Below, piece after piece: positions 39,483 to 48,245 of a stretch of DNA of 64,000 bases. The translations under genes were made by a program, and so were the position numbers. The notes beneath the pieces are model-generated. The model did no database searches. It saw nothing but the letters and a program-made list of their open reading frames with translations, and was not told the DNA's origin. How positions within the stretch are numbered: the stretch's first letter is position 1; each line of letters opens with the position of its first letter. The stretch covers positions 384,001-448,000 of the forward strand of contig CAVOJR010000001.1 in the NCBI GenBank assembly GCA_963696295.1. Direction: 5' to 3'. The DNA comes from an uncultured Chlamydiae bacterium. GTDB taxonomy: Bacteria; Chlamydiota; Chlamydiia; Chlamydiales; JAJFMB01.

Positions 39483-39850
39483 ACATACCGGATGAATTTT
39501 ATTGTCCCATCAATTTAACCGTCATGACGCGGCCGAGAAAGCTGCCTTGCGGTCATAATTTTGAAAGCAACGCCATTTTGGAGTGGTTGGCTGAAAACCC
39601 TACCTGCCCCCTTGACCGCTCGGTAATTCACCACAACGTACCATTAAGAAGAAACAGGATGCTGCAAAGAAAAATTGTGCGCTTTTTTGATCAACATCCT
39701 GAACTGGAAAAGCCTCCAGGACTGATAAGGTCATCCAGAATAATAGACCTATTGAAAGATTTGAGAGACAAGATTTTGTTTACCGATATCTTTATCTCTC
39801 CCTCCAGCGACTTTTTTTGGAATCCGCATATATCTGTCCCTGAATATTGA
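39479..39850 (+). CDS. U-box domain protein, putative E3 ligase effector
   Basis: IPDEFYCPINLTVMTRP...CGHNFE..AILEWL...TCPLDR...NRMLQRKI. Confidence 0.88.
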   Translation: MNIPDEFYCPINLTVMTRPRKLPCGHNFESNAILEWLAENPTCPLDRSVIHHNVPLRRNRMLQRKIVRFFDQHPELEKPPGLIRSSRIIDLLKDLRDKILFTDIFISPSSDFFWNPHISVPEY

Positions 39851-39859
39851 GTTCGACAT

Positions 39860-40717
39860 TTAGATTTTTCGCTTATGCCATAGTTGAATCACCCGGCCCG
39901 CCAAATAGCTTAGCCAAAAACCGGTAAATAGGGGCTGGAGGCAGGAGGTAAAGAAAAAGTTGAGTCCAAAAACGCCTGCGATTCCAAGAGCCGCCCGGCA
40001 AAAGCCCTGTTTGAATGAAGCGGACGGCGCTAAAAAACAGTTTTGCAGCGCCGAGAGGCACAATCCCCAGCCGATCGAAAGAAATGAAAGAGAGATTATC
40101 ATGGGCGTCTTTAACCCTTTGGCATAGGCGATGGCAAAAGCGATAAGCGGAATTTGGCTGAGCAAAAAGCGGCCGGCGAGGGGCATTTTTTCCAAAGCCT
40201 TCTCAATTTTTGGGAAAAGGCGGTAATACACAAGGACTAAAAGAGCCCCGACCATCCATCCTCCGGCCAAATCGCTTGGGAAATGAACGCCGAGATAGAC
40301 GCGGGAGAGGCTGAGCAGAAAAAAAAACAAAAAGCCCAAAATCCAGGCCCAGGCGGTGCGGAAGGTGCCGATCAGCAGGCAGGCTAAAATCATAGCGGTT
40401 TGCGCCGCGCCGCTCGGGAATCCGTAGATGCTTTTCATAGAGATCAGGTTTAAGCCGGGCTCGATAATAAAGGGTCTCGGCTCCTCAAATAGGACTTTAA
40501 GCGTATAGTTGATCAGGCCCGAAAGAGAAAGTATGTAAAAAACCCGGGCTCCGGAGCGCCAGTTACTCCCCAGCCAAACAGCCGGAATGAGCAGGGAAAA
40601 AAAATAGTAAGTGTCGAAAAAGTTCATAAAGATGAAAAAATCATCCAGCCACGGTGTTCTAAAAGTGTGGAGCCAATGGATGAGCGGCAGCTCTAACTGA
40701 TGAAGTCTTTCAAACAT
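39860..40717 (-). CDS. PAP2-family membrane phosphatase
   Basis: KVLFEEPRP, FPSG, SRVYLGVHFPSD. Confidence 0.88.
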   Translation of the reverse strand: MFERLHQLELPLIHWLHTFRTPWLDDFFIFMNFFDTYYFFSLLIPAVWLGSNWRSGARVFYILSLSGLINYTLKVLFEEPRPFIIEPGLNLISMKSIYGFPSGAAQTAMILACLLIGTFRTAWAWILGFLFFFLLSLSRVYLGVHFPSDLAGGWMVGALLVLVYYRLFPKIEKALEKMPLAGRFLLSQIPLIAFAIAYAKGLKTPMIISLSFLSIGWGLCLSALQNCFLAPSASFKQGFCRAALGIAGVFGLNFFFTSCLQPLFTGFWLSYLAGRVIQLWHKRKI

Positions 40718-40725
40718 AACTCTCT

Positions 40726-42102
40726 TCAAATTTTGATGAACTTCCACTTTTGGTTCCGGTACCTGATGAAATAGATGACCAGGATCAAAAACGCGCTGAT
40801 CACGATCAGCATCCAGGCGGTATCTACGCCGAGCCCCAAGTAGCGGATAGCGATGTAGACAGGGAGGAAATAGCAGAGCCACTGAATGATCACCCCGACG
40901 ATCATGATAAAGCGGGTGTCGCCCGCCGCGGTCAATAATCCGATAAATGCCCAAACCAGGCCGTCGACCAGAAAGAAACAGGCCACCCAAAACACCGTTC
41001 TTTTAAATAAGGGAAAAAAGAGGGGGTCTTTGAGCAAGTACATATCATTTTCGGAAAGCAGCAGGGAGAGGAGACGGTCGGGAAAGAACAAGGCCACAGA
41101 TAACACAAAGGCAGCAAAGAGCGATTGGAGCCGGCATGCGGAAAGAAGCACCTTCCCGATCGGTTTATAGACGGAAGCCCCGATCAGGTTGGAGGAAATG
41201 GCCGTCACGGCTTTTGACAATCCTTCAACCAGAAAGAGTGTCAGCAGATAGAAACTTTGCATCATGGAGGCGATGATCATGTAGTAGGGATCCGCTAAAA
41301 TCATCAGCCGGAAAAAGGCCATATGCCCGATCATTTCGCTCACATGCGCGATGCCGGCCGGAAAACCGATCTTGATGCAGCGAAAAAAATCGCCGAGCCT
41401 TAAAGCAAAATGGGTCGTTCCATTGTTTTGACGGTCCTCTTTGCGGAAAAAAAAGAGCAGAAAGAAGAGGATCTGGCATAATGAGGCGATCACCGTGCCG
41501 ATGGCAGCGCCAAGAACGCCGAGCTCGGGGATGCTCTTCCAGCCAAAGATCAGGACCCAATCCAATAGGCCGTTCACCACATTGGCGAGAATCGCTGCGA
41601 TGGTGATGATTTTCACTTTGCCCTGCCCGGCAAAATAGCCCATGAGCGCCGGAATCATTGTCACCAGCGAGCCGAAGTAGACAAGCGTCTGGAAATAAAT
41701 CGTTTCATTGGCTTCATTGCCCGTTCCGTGAAAGATAAGGCCCGGCAAATATTTGGCGATGAGAAAAAAAGCGGGAGTTAAGAGAATCGAAAGCCAAATC
41801 ATCTGCCAGGTGAATTGCCCCATGCGGTAGCGTTGTTCGTCGGCATGATACTGTCCGACAAACACTTCGGTGATACCCGCTACCGTGATGGGCGCGACGA
41901 AGATGGCGTAGGCCGCCGTTCCCCCGTGGGCCGCCGCCGTCAAAGCCTCGACGGAATATTGAGCGAGCAGCAGCCGGTCCACGAACATCATCACGCTGGT
42001 GGACAAAAGAGCCAGGATGAGAGGCCAGGCAATAGTCCACATCTCCAAAAAAGAGCCGAGAGGATATCGGGTTAATTGATAACTTTTTAATTCACTAGTC
42101 AT
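40726..42102 (-). CDS. MATE efflux transporter
   Basis: FVDRLLL, VGQYH, NGLLDWVLIFG..IPELGVLGAAIGT, AGDTRF. Confidence 0.92.
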   Translation of the reverse strand: MTSELKSYQLTRYPLGSFLEMWTIAWPLILALLSTSVMMFVDRLLLAQYSVEALTAAAHGGTAAYAIFVAPITVAGITEVFVGQYHADEQRYRMGQFTWQMIWLSILLTPAFFLIAKYLPGLIFHGTGNEANETIYFQTLVYFGSLVTMIPALMGYFAGQGKVKIITIAAILANVVNGLLDWVLIFGWKSIPELGVLGAAIGTVIASLCQILFFLLFFFRKEDRQNNGTTHFALRLGDFFRCIKIGFPAGIAHVSEMIGHMAFFRLMILADPYYMIIASMMQSFYLLTLFLVEGLSKAVTAISSNLIGASVYKPIGKVLLSACRLQSLFAAFVLSVALFFPDRLLSLLLSENDMYLLKDPLFFPLFKRTVFWVACFFLVDGLVWAFIGLLTAAGDTRFIMIVGVIIQWLCYFLPVYIAIRYLGLGVDTAWMLIVISAFLILVIYFIRYRNQKWKFIKI

Positions 42103-42259
42103 AAATTCAGGAGTGTAATTTTAACCGGTCCAATTTTCAATCTTAATCTTGCAGGAACCCTCATAATATTTTTAAATCATGCTTCTTCCGAAAATTATTG
42201 AAAAAAAACTCATATAGAGCGACAATGCTTCACAAATTTCCCGCTTGGAGACAAAGTTT

Positions 42260-43099
42260 ATGTTCCCTTCCGAACTGGTATGTGAAATCAATCAGAAAGA
42301 ATCCTGCAAATCCCTGCACCAGCACTTTAACCTGTTCTACCAAATCCTCTCCGAAAACCAGCCCTATACCGCCGGAACAAACACGTGCGGCGTCAACCAC
42401 TGTCTTTCCGGCATTCCGGACAGCTATCACAATGCCGTTATCGGCTGTCCCGATAAAAACTGGGATGAAGGGATCGAAGGAGAGCTGGAGCAGTTCAACA
42501 AGGCCAACCTCTCTTTTGTCTGGTATGTCGATGAAACGGCCAATCCGGAATTTAAAGAAAAATTGAAAGAGCACGGCTTTCTCGATTCGGGCATTTTTCA
42601 AGGGGTGATCGGCGAGCTGACCGACAATATCCCCACCCCGAAGATACCGCCCGGCTGCGAACTGGAACGGGTCATGGATGAAAAAACGATGGACGCCTTC
42701 AGTGAACTCGTCTGCTCCACTCTCGCCATCTCCGACAAGGCGGGCGCCGCCTACAAGAAAGCTCTATGGCAGGCGGCTCAAGGAGATAAGCCCCTCTTAT
42801 TTCACTGGGTTGCGCGCCAGGACGGCAAGGTGGTCTCCGCCTTAACTACCTTGGTGAGCGGCGAGGCTGTCAGTTTTTGGAACGGGGCGACCCACCCCGA
42901 TTACCGCTGCCACGGAATCAATACGGCGCTCCGCTGCCTGGCGCTAAAAGACGCCGCATCGAAAGGGTGCCATACCGGCATCTCCTTTTTGATGGGCGAC
43001 GGGATGGCCTTTGGCATTTGCAAGAAACTGGGCTTCCAGACCAAATGGCGCTTCCACGCCTTTCAATCTCCCAAGGCAAATCAGGAAAAAATAATTTAA
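42260..43099 (+). CDS. GNAT acetyltransferase
   Basis: WNGATHPDYRCHGI, KKLGF; GGAG RBS before 42260. Confidence 0.8.
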   Translation: MFPSELVCEINQKESCKSLHQHFNLFYQILSENQPYTAGTNTCGVNHCLSGIPDSYHNAVIGCPDKNWDEGIEGELEQFNKANLSFVWYVDETANPEFKEKLKEHGFLDSGIFQGVIGELTDNIPTPKIPPGCELERVMDEKTMDAFSELVCSTLAISDKAGAAYKKALWQAAQGDKPLLFHWVARQDGKVVSALTTLVSGEAVSFWNGATHPDYRCHGINTALRCLALKDAASKGCHTGISFLMGDGMAFGICKKLGFQTKWRFHAFQSPKANQEKII

Positions 43100-43103
43100 A
43101 TTA

Positions 43104-44045
43104 ATGGAATTACCAATTATTGCCGATGGGGAAGACAAGAGCTCCCCTTTCAAAAACCGGATCAGAAAAAACTACCGCCACGTCCGCAAATGGGCCAAAA
43201 GAACGGCGACAAACTGCTTCCGCATCTACGACCGGGATATCAAGGAATACCCTCTCACCATCGACTTCTATGCCGGCCACTTTTATGTGCAGGTCTTCAC
43301 AACCGGCGACGAAATCCCCGAGGAGCTGCAAAAAGAAACTGAGGAAGCGCTCTGCTCCATTTTTGAAACTAATACCTCTCTTATTTTTTGGCGCGCGCGC
43401 GTCAAGCGGAAAAAAATCGAGCAGTATGAAAAAGTGAACGATTTGAAAAGCTTTTTCATCGTGCAGGAATATGGGGTCCTCTTCTATGTCAATCTCCACG
43501 ATTATCTCGATACCGGCCTCTTTCTCGACCACCGGGAAACAAGGCAGATCGTGGCGGCCCGGGCCAAGGGGAAAAGAGTCCTGAACTTATTTGCCTACAC
43601 CTGCGCCTTCAGCGTGCATGCGGCAAAAGCCGGCGCCTCCTTTACCAAAAGCGTCGACCTCTCCAACACCTACACCGAATGGGGAAGGGAAAATTTTCTT
43701 TTAAACTCCCTCTCTTTGAAAAACAACGAAATCGTCCGGGCCGACTGCTTAAAATTTTTATTCGAGGAGACCGCCAAATACGACCTGATTATCATCGATC
43801 CCCCTACCCTTTCCCGCTCCAAGAAGATGGATCAAATGTTCGACATCCAGCAAGATTATGTCCCGCTCATCCAGCAAGCCTTAAAATTGCTAAACGAGGA
43901 GGGCACCCTCTATTTTAGCACGAATTTCAGGCAATTCTCCTTTGACGACGCCCTCTTTTCGGCCAAAGAGATCACTAGGAGAACCATTCCGATCGATTTC
44001 CACAACCAAAAAATCCACCGCTGCTGGGAAATAATAAACAAATAA
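43104..44045 (+). CDS. RlmK/RlmI-like rRNA methyltransferase
   Basis: RIYDRD, DYLDTGLFLDHR, LNLFAYT, VDLSNTY, IDPPT. Confidence 0.9.
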   Translation: MELPIIADGEDKSSPFKNRIRKNYRHVRKWAKRTATNCFRIYDRDIKEYPLTIDFYAGHFYVQVFTTGDEIPEELQKETEEALCSIFETNTSLIFWRARVKRKKIEQYEKVNDLKSFFIVQEYGVLFYVNLHDYLDTGLFLDHRETRQIVAARAKGKRVLNLFAYTCAFSVHAAKAGASFTKSVDLSNTYTEWGRENFLLNSLSLKNNEIVRADCLKFLFEETAKYDLIIIDPPTLSRSKKMDQMFDIQQDYVPLIQQALKLLNEEGTLYFSTNFRQFSFDDALFSAKEITRRTIPIDFHNQKIHRCWEIINK

Positions 44046-44097
44046 GAATATCCAGATATTTACATTGTTATAATCAATGTGCTACAATCTTGCAACA

Positions 44098-45975
44098 ATG
44101 CAAGCAATAATTAAATATAATTATATCAATCCACCCCAACCCCTCCAGGACCCGGGAAGTTCAAGCGGAGCCTATGATGTCCCGGGCGAATATTATCAAA
44201 ACGTTCACCAGCTAAAGACCCCCGGCACGAAGGTTGATCTCCTGGCCGAAACATTTCCCCTTCCCTTCGATGCCCTGTGCAGGCTGGAAAATTACTGCTG
44301 CCTGGCTGAGATCGATGTGGCGGATCTTTGCGCGGAGTATGCCGGGTTTCATGCGGCGCTTGGTGAGAACGAGTGCGCGAGGCTAGGGCTTTTTCTTGTC
44401 TCAAAGCTTTTGAAATTTACGGTTTATGAAAAAAAAGGAGTCTCCCTTTTTGAAGCCTTTGAAGATTATAAAATGTCGGAGCTTTTTATGGAAAATTGTG
44501 GGAGTTTCTCCGATTTCCTTGAAAGTTATACAAAAAAGCCGATTTTCGAGGCCCTGAAATGCGCTTATGCCTCAAGTATTGATTATTTACCGCGTGGATT
44601 TAAAGAAAAGATTGAGGAAGCTTTGCGGGCAGGCCCTACCGACCTCTCTGAATTTTATGCCCTCTTAAAGGCTTTTCCGGGCGTTTCCCCGATGACCCTA
44701 GTCAATTTGCAAAGGGAGGGAAGGACCCCCTCGCTCCTTAAAGCCTTGCATACGCGCGATCCGGATTTTCCTCCCTTTCCTCTTGTTTTCCAGGAGATGG
44801 AGGGATATGCAAAATGCGCTCCTCATATCGACAGCAAGCTCATGTACGTCGCGTACGAAATTATGGGAGATAGAATCGAAAATGCTTTTGAGATGTTGGA
44901 GGATATCGAACCTTCGAAAATGGAGAGTCTTCTTGCAAGCTTCACCCTCGGGTGCATGAATGGGGAGCTTTGCACGCTCATGAATACGTACGGCTACCCA
45001 TTGGATGCGCTTGTTGAGCTGCGAAAGAATGAACTTTTAAAAAAAATGCATGATTTCCGCATCCCTTACGAAATGGTAAAAGATTGCCTGCCTGAATTTA
45101 TTGCCTTTTTAGGATCTGAAAAATGCGATCAGAGGGCAAGACTCTTTTTTGCCTTGAAGCCCGATTTTAGCCTTCTCAATAAGAGCATCGCGATTCCGTA
45201 TGGGATATGGGAGAGCTATGTCGTTCGGATTGAGGGGTGGGGCGACGGTTATAATGCGATCGACCGGCAGCAAGCGTACGGCGACCTCATGCACCGGGCG
45301 GTGATGCTCACGGCAGAGGCGATCAAGCGGAAGCTCCCCTTTTCGGCCGTACTTGACTTCGCAGCTTACCAGCGGTTTAAGATCGCAGAAACTCTAGGGC
45401 ATGAGGGCGCGGAGAAATTTGGACTGCGTCTGACTCCTGATGATATTCCGATTGTGACCCCATGCGTGAATCGGTATGCATTCCTTGCAGATGAGCTGCT
45501 AAAGGCTCCATTTGAACCGCTATCTTGCGTTCAAAGCGAATTATCCCCTCCCACAACACAAAAACTGGCAAAGAGAAATCGAACCTGGAAAATCCTCAAG
45601 ATGCGCTATGAAGAGAGCTATCAGGAGCTGATCGTGGCAGATTCCATCGGAACTTTTTATCACTCAGCGCCATCGCAAATAGCCGCCATGGAAAAGAGGG
45701 GGGAGAACGCGTTCAAGGAGGCCTTTGCGGCCAAGGAAGAAGGATCGATTTTCTCACACAATGGGGAAGTTTTCTGGTGTATATGCACAGGAAAGTTTTG
45801 GCATCGCGCCGACCCGAGCATTGCAGAGATCGTTACCAAGGCCTCCCTTGCCCTTCAGGGCTATACCAATCTTCGCTGGAAAAAGGGAAAGATTCCTTGG
45901 GCGGAAGTGATATTGACCCCCACCCCGCAGCAGTTCGGCGCCAAATTCCGCACTCTCCTAGAAATTTTAGCATGA
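44098..45975 (+). CDS. Putative effector with C-terminal AvrB/AvrC-like (Fido-fold) domain
   Basis: WGD...AYGDLMH...VTPCVNRY...FW...HRADPSIAE...FGAKFRTLL; paralogous to 4503-6068. Confidence 0.6.
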   Translation: MQAIIKYNYINPPQPLQDPGSSSGAYDVPGEYYQNVHQLKTPGTKVDLLAETFPLPFDALCRLENYCCLAEIDVADLCAEYAGFHAALGENECARLGLFLVSKLLKFTVYEKKGVSLFEAFEDYKMSELFMENCGSFSDFLESYTKKPIFEALKCAYASSIDYLPRGFKEKIEEALRAGPTDLSEFYALLKAFPGVSPMTLVNLQREGRTPSLLKALHTRDPDFPPFPLVFQEMEGYAKCAPHIDSKLMYVAYEIMGDRIENAFEMLEDIEPSKMESLLASFTLGCMNGELCTLMNTYGYPLDALVELRKNELLKKMHDFRIPYEMVKDCLPEFIAFLGSEKCDQRARLFFALKPDFSLLNKSIAIPYGIWESYVVRIEGWGDGYNAIDRQQAYGDLMHRAVMLTAEAIKRKLPFSAVLDFAAYQRFKIAETLGHEGAEKFGLRLTPDDIPIVTPCVNRYAFLADELLKAPFEPLSCVQSELSPPTTQKLAKRNRTWKILKMRYEESYQELIVADSIGTFYHSAPSQIAAMEKRGENAFKEAFAAKEEGSIFSHNGEVFWCICTGKFWHRADPSIAEIVTKASLALQGYTNLRWKKGKIPWAEVILTPTPQQFGAKFRTLLEILA

Positions 45976-46015
45976 ACAAAATAATATCATGATGGTATCA
46001 TCGTGAGGTATTATT

Positions 46016-46231
46016 ATGTCTACTTCTAACTTTAATTTGAGATGCATCCCGCATAAGGTCATGCTAACTCTAAAACAAAAAGCAAATATCAGCAGAATAG
46101 GCTATTCCAGACCAAAAAAGAAAATTTACCACGATTTAGATGAACTGGCAGGAACCTGGTCAGCCCGGGAAGAGAAAGCTTTTAAGAAAAATCCAAATAC
46201 TTTGAACAAATTGACAAGGATCTTTGGATAA
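46016..46231 (+). pseudogene. Degraded antitoxin of a VapBC-like pair
   Basis: NFNLRCIP, YHDLDELAGTWS, then shifted FEQIDKDLW. Confidence 0.65.
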
Positions 46232-46451
46232 CCAGATCCTCACTATTCTGCAACATGCTGATGAGATAGGGATGAGCGTTATCGTTTTGAATCTTCAAAC
46301 ATCAGAAAAAAAGGGGAAACCAATACCCACAAATGATATTTGGATAGCAGCTCAAGCGTTAGAGCACGGCTGTATCTTCTGTTCCTATGATGCCCATTTC
46401 AGAGAAATTGATGGCTTATTAGTCGCCACGACATTAGAGGACTTCCTTTAA
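46224..46451 (+). pseudogene. vapC: VapC PIN toxin remnant
   Basis: KKGKPIPTNDIWIAAQALEHG...YDAHF; N-terminal DTN motif and middle helices are missing. Confidence 0.8.
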
Positions 46452-47515
46452 ACTTTGGGCCGCTGCTCATGCCACTTGTTGAAAATGTAAGCATCTCCAT
46501 ACCAGCCTGTTGCGCACATAACAAAGTCGGCGTACTGCAAAAACTCATCGAAATGCCCCTTTTCTGTAATCCCTCCGCCTGCGATGAGAATGAGACTTAA
46601 GCCTTTCTCCGTAATGACTTCCCGGGCATCTCTCGCAAAGGCGAGAGCAGTTTCCCGGATCGGAAAGCCGCAAACACCGGACACCTTCCGCTTCTCATCA
46701 AGTGCAGGCGATCCGTCCTGATTTCGGATTTCCACCGGAACGGTGTTGATCCCGCTCACAGCCTTCACACCGGCATTTTCAGCGGCAATCAAGGTCTTTG
46801 CGAGCTGCTCTTTGCTCTCAAACCGGCCGACTTTGATAATCAGAGGGATTCCCTCAAGCGCCTCGACGATCGCATGACTGACTGTCGCCACCCCTTCAGG
46901 ATCGAGATAGAGCTGCCCCTCTTTGGAACAAACATTGGGACAGGAAAAGTTAGCTTCGATAATTTTCGCTCCACAATTTTTGGCGAGGAGCGCCGCCTCG
47001 ACAAAACCGGCAGTATCGGTTCCGACGACAGAGACTATCAGCACCTGCCCCTCTTTCGCCTGCGCGATGGCCTTTGGTATGTCTTCCCGCAAATAGTCCG
47101 CTCCTTTTGAGGGCATGCCAAAGGAATTCGTGATAGCTATCTTGGAGGGGTCTTCAGGGGGTTCATCCAGCGCGTACAAAACTTTTGGCGGATTTTTCGG
47201 ATCGAACATCTCCAACACATCGATATAGCGCACATTGGGGAAGCCATTGACAGGTTTCGGTTCCGCCCTGATCGTTTTGTAGCAGCAGATATCGGCGCCC
47301 AATTGAAAAGCTGCCTCCGTCCACTTGGAATTCAGCAGGGGTCCGGCCGGTATCCCGAGGCGGGAAGCGACGGGCACTCCCAGGAAATCGACAAAACCCT
47401 CTTTGGAGGGAAATTCCCTTGCCGGCAACTCCCCGGAAAAAACAGGCCCGCTTTCGCAATTGTCATCATAGGCAGCATTCACATTATATAAAAAAAGCAG
47501 ACCAAGGATCCACAT
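46448..47515 (-). CDS. Dihydroorotate dehydrogenase-like FMN protein
   Basis: GIPAGP, YKT, NSFG, EANFSCPN, INT, GGGI. Confidence 0.8.
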   Translation of the reverse strand: MWILGLLFLYNVNAAYDDNCESGPVFSGELPAREFPSKEGFVDFLGVPVASRLGIPAGPLLNSKWTEAAFQLGADICCYKTIRAEPKPVNGFPNVRYIDVLEMFDPKNPPKVLYALDEPPEDPSKIAITNSFGMPSKGADYLREDIPKAIAQAKEGQVLIVSVVGTDTAGFVEAALLAKNCGAKIIEANFSCPNVCSKEGQLYLDPEGVATVSHAIVEALEGIPLIIKVGRFESKEQLAKTLIAAENAGVKAVSGINTVPVEIRNQDGSPALDEKRKVSGVCGFPIRETALAFARDAREVITEKGLSLILIAGGGITEKGHFDEFLQYADFVMCATGWYGDAYIFNKWHEQRPKV

Positions 47516-47588
47516 ACAGCAACCTCTTTTTTTTAAAGCAGCCTACCATAGCTCAACATTCAAAATGTTGCAAGAAAATCCGAAACTG

Positions 47589-47611
47589 TTGACAAAAGGC
47601 AGACATTGTCA
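47589..47611 (+). promoter_or_regulatory. -35 box with overlapping inverted repeat, probable TA operator
   Basis: TTGACA at 47589; TGACAA-N10-TTGTCA. Confidence 0.45.
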
Positions 47612-47634
47612 TCTCATTAAACTTGAGAATTGAT

Positions 47635-47880
47635 ATGCCCGTTTATACTTATTCCCCAGAAAAGAACATCAAACTAATTTTAGAGCGGAATATTAGTTTC
47701 GAAGAAGTTATTGTTGCGATTGAAAATGATCAAATTTTAGATATTCTTGAACATCCAAATCAAGATACGTATAAAGATCAAAAATTGTATGTAATTAATA
47801 TAAAAGGTTATTTTTATATGGTTCCTTTTGTAACGGATTCTAATGGTAATATATTTCTTAAAACCATTATTCCTAGTTGA
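47635..47880 (+). pseudogene. BrnT-like toxin with premature stop
   Basis: EKNIKL..ERNISFEE...HPN...VPFV...FLKTIIPS*KAKQNY; the stop replaces the expected Arg of SRK. Confidence 0.7.
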
Positions 47881-47914
47881 AAGGCAAAACAAAACTACAG
47901 TGAGGAGAAAGAAA

Positions 47915-48199
47915 TTGAAAAAAAGTAAAGAATCAGATCATCTTGACGATGAAGAAAAAGAGATTTTAGCTTCTTTTGAAAAAAAGGAATGGAAAACTGT
48001 AAAAAAAGTTAAAAAGGAAAAAGCTGCCGCTCGCAAAGTTGCAGAGAAAACTCTCCAAAAAGATATTCGAATAAATATCCGCATATCAAGCAGTGACATC
48101 TTCAGCATCAAACAAAAAGCCGCTTACGAGGGAATACCTTATCAAACGCTTATTGCAAGCATTTTACATAAATATGCTGCTGGACACTTACACCTTTAG
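47915..48199 (+). CDS. BrnA/CopG-like RHH antitoxin
   Basis: LDDEEKEIL, KDIRINIRIS, EGIPYQTLIASILHKY; TTG start with GAGG RBS. Confidence 0.8.
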   Translation: MKKSKESDHLDDEEKEILASFEKKEWKTVKKVKKEKAAARKVAEKTLQKDIRINIRISSSDIFSIKQKAAYEGIPYQTLIASILHKYAAGHLHL

Positions 48200-48245
48200 C
48201 TGCATGTCGGTACATTAATATTTACGAAATTTCTTTGTTCCTGAT

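Noticed and set aside
39860..40990. 376-aa version of the PAP2 ORF
   Set aside because: The extension overlaps the MATE gene out of frame; the plausible start is 40717.
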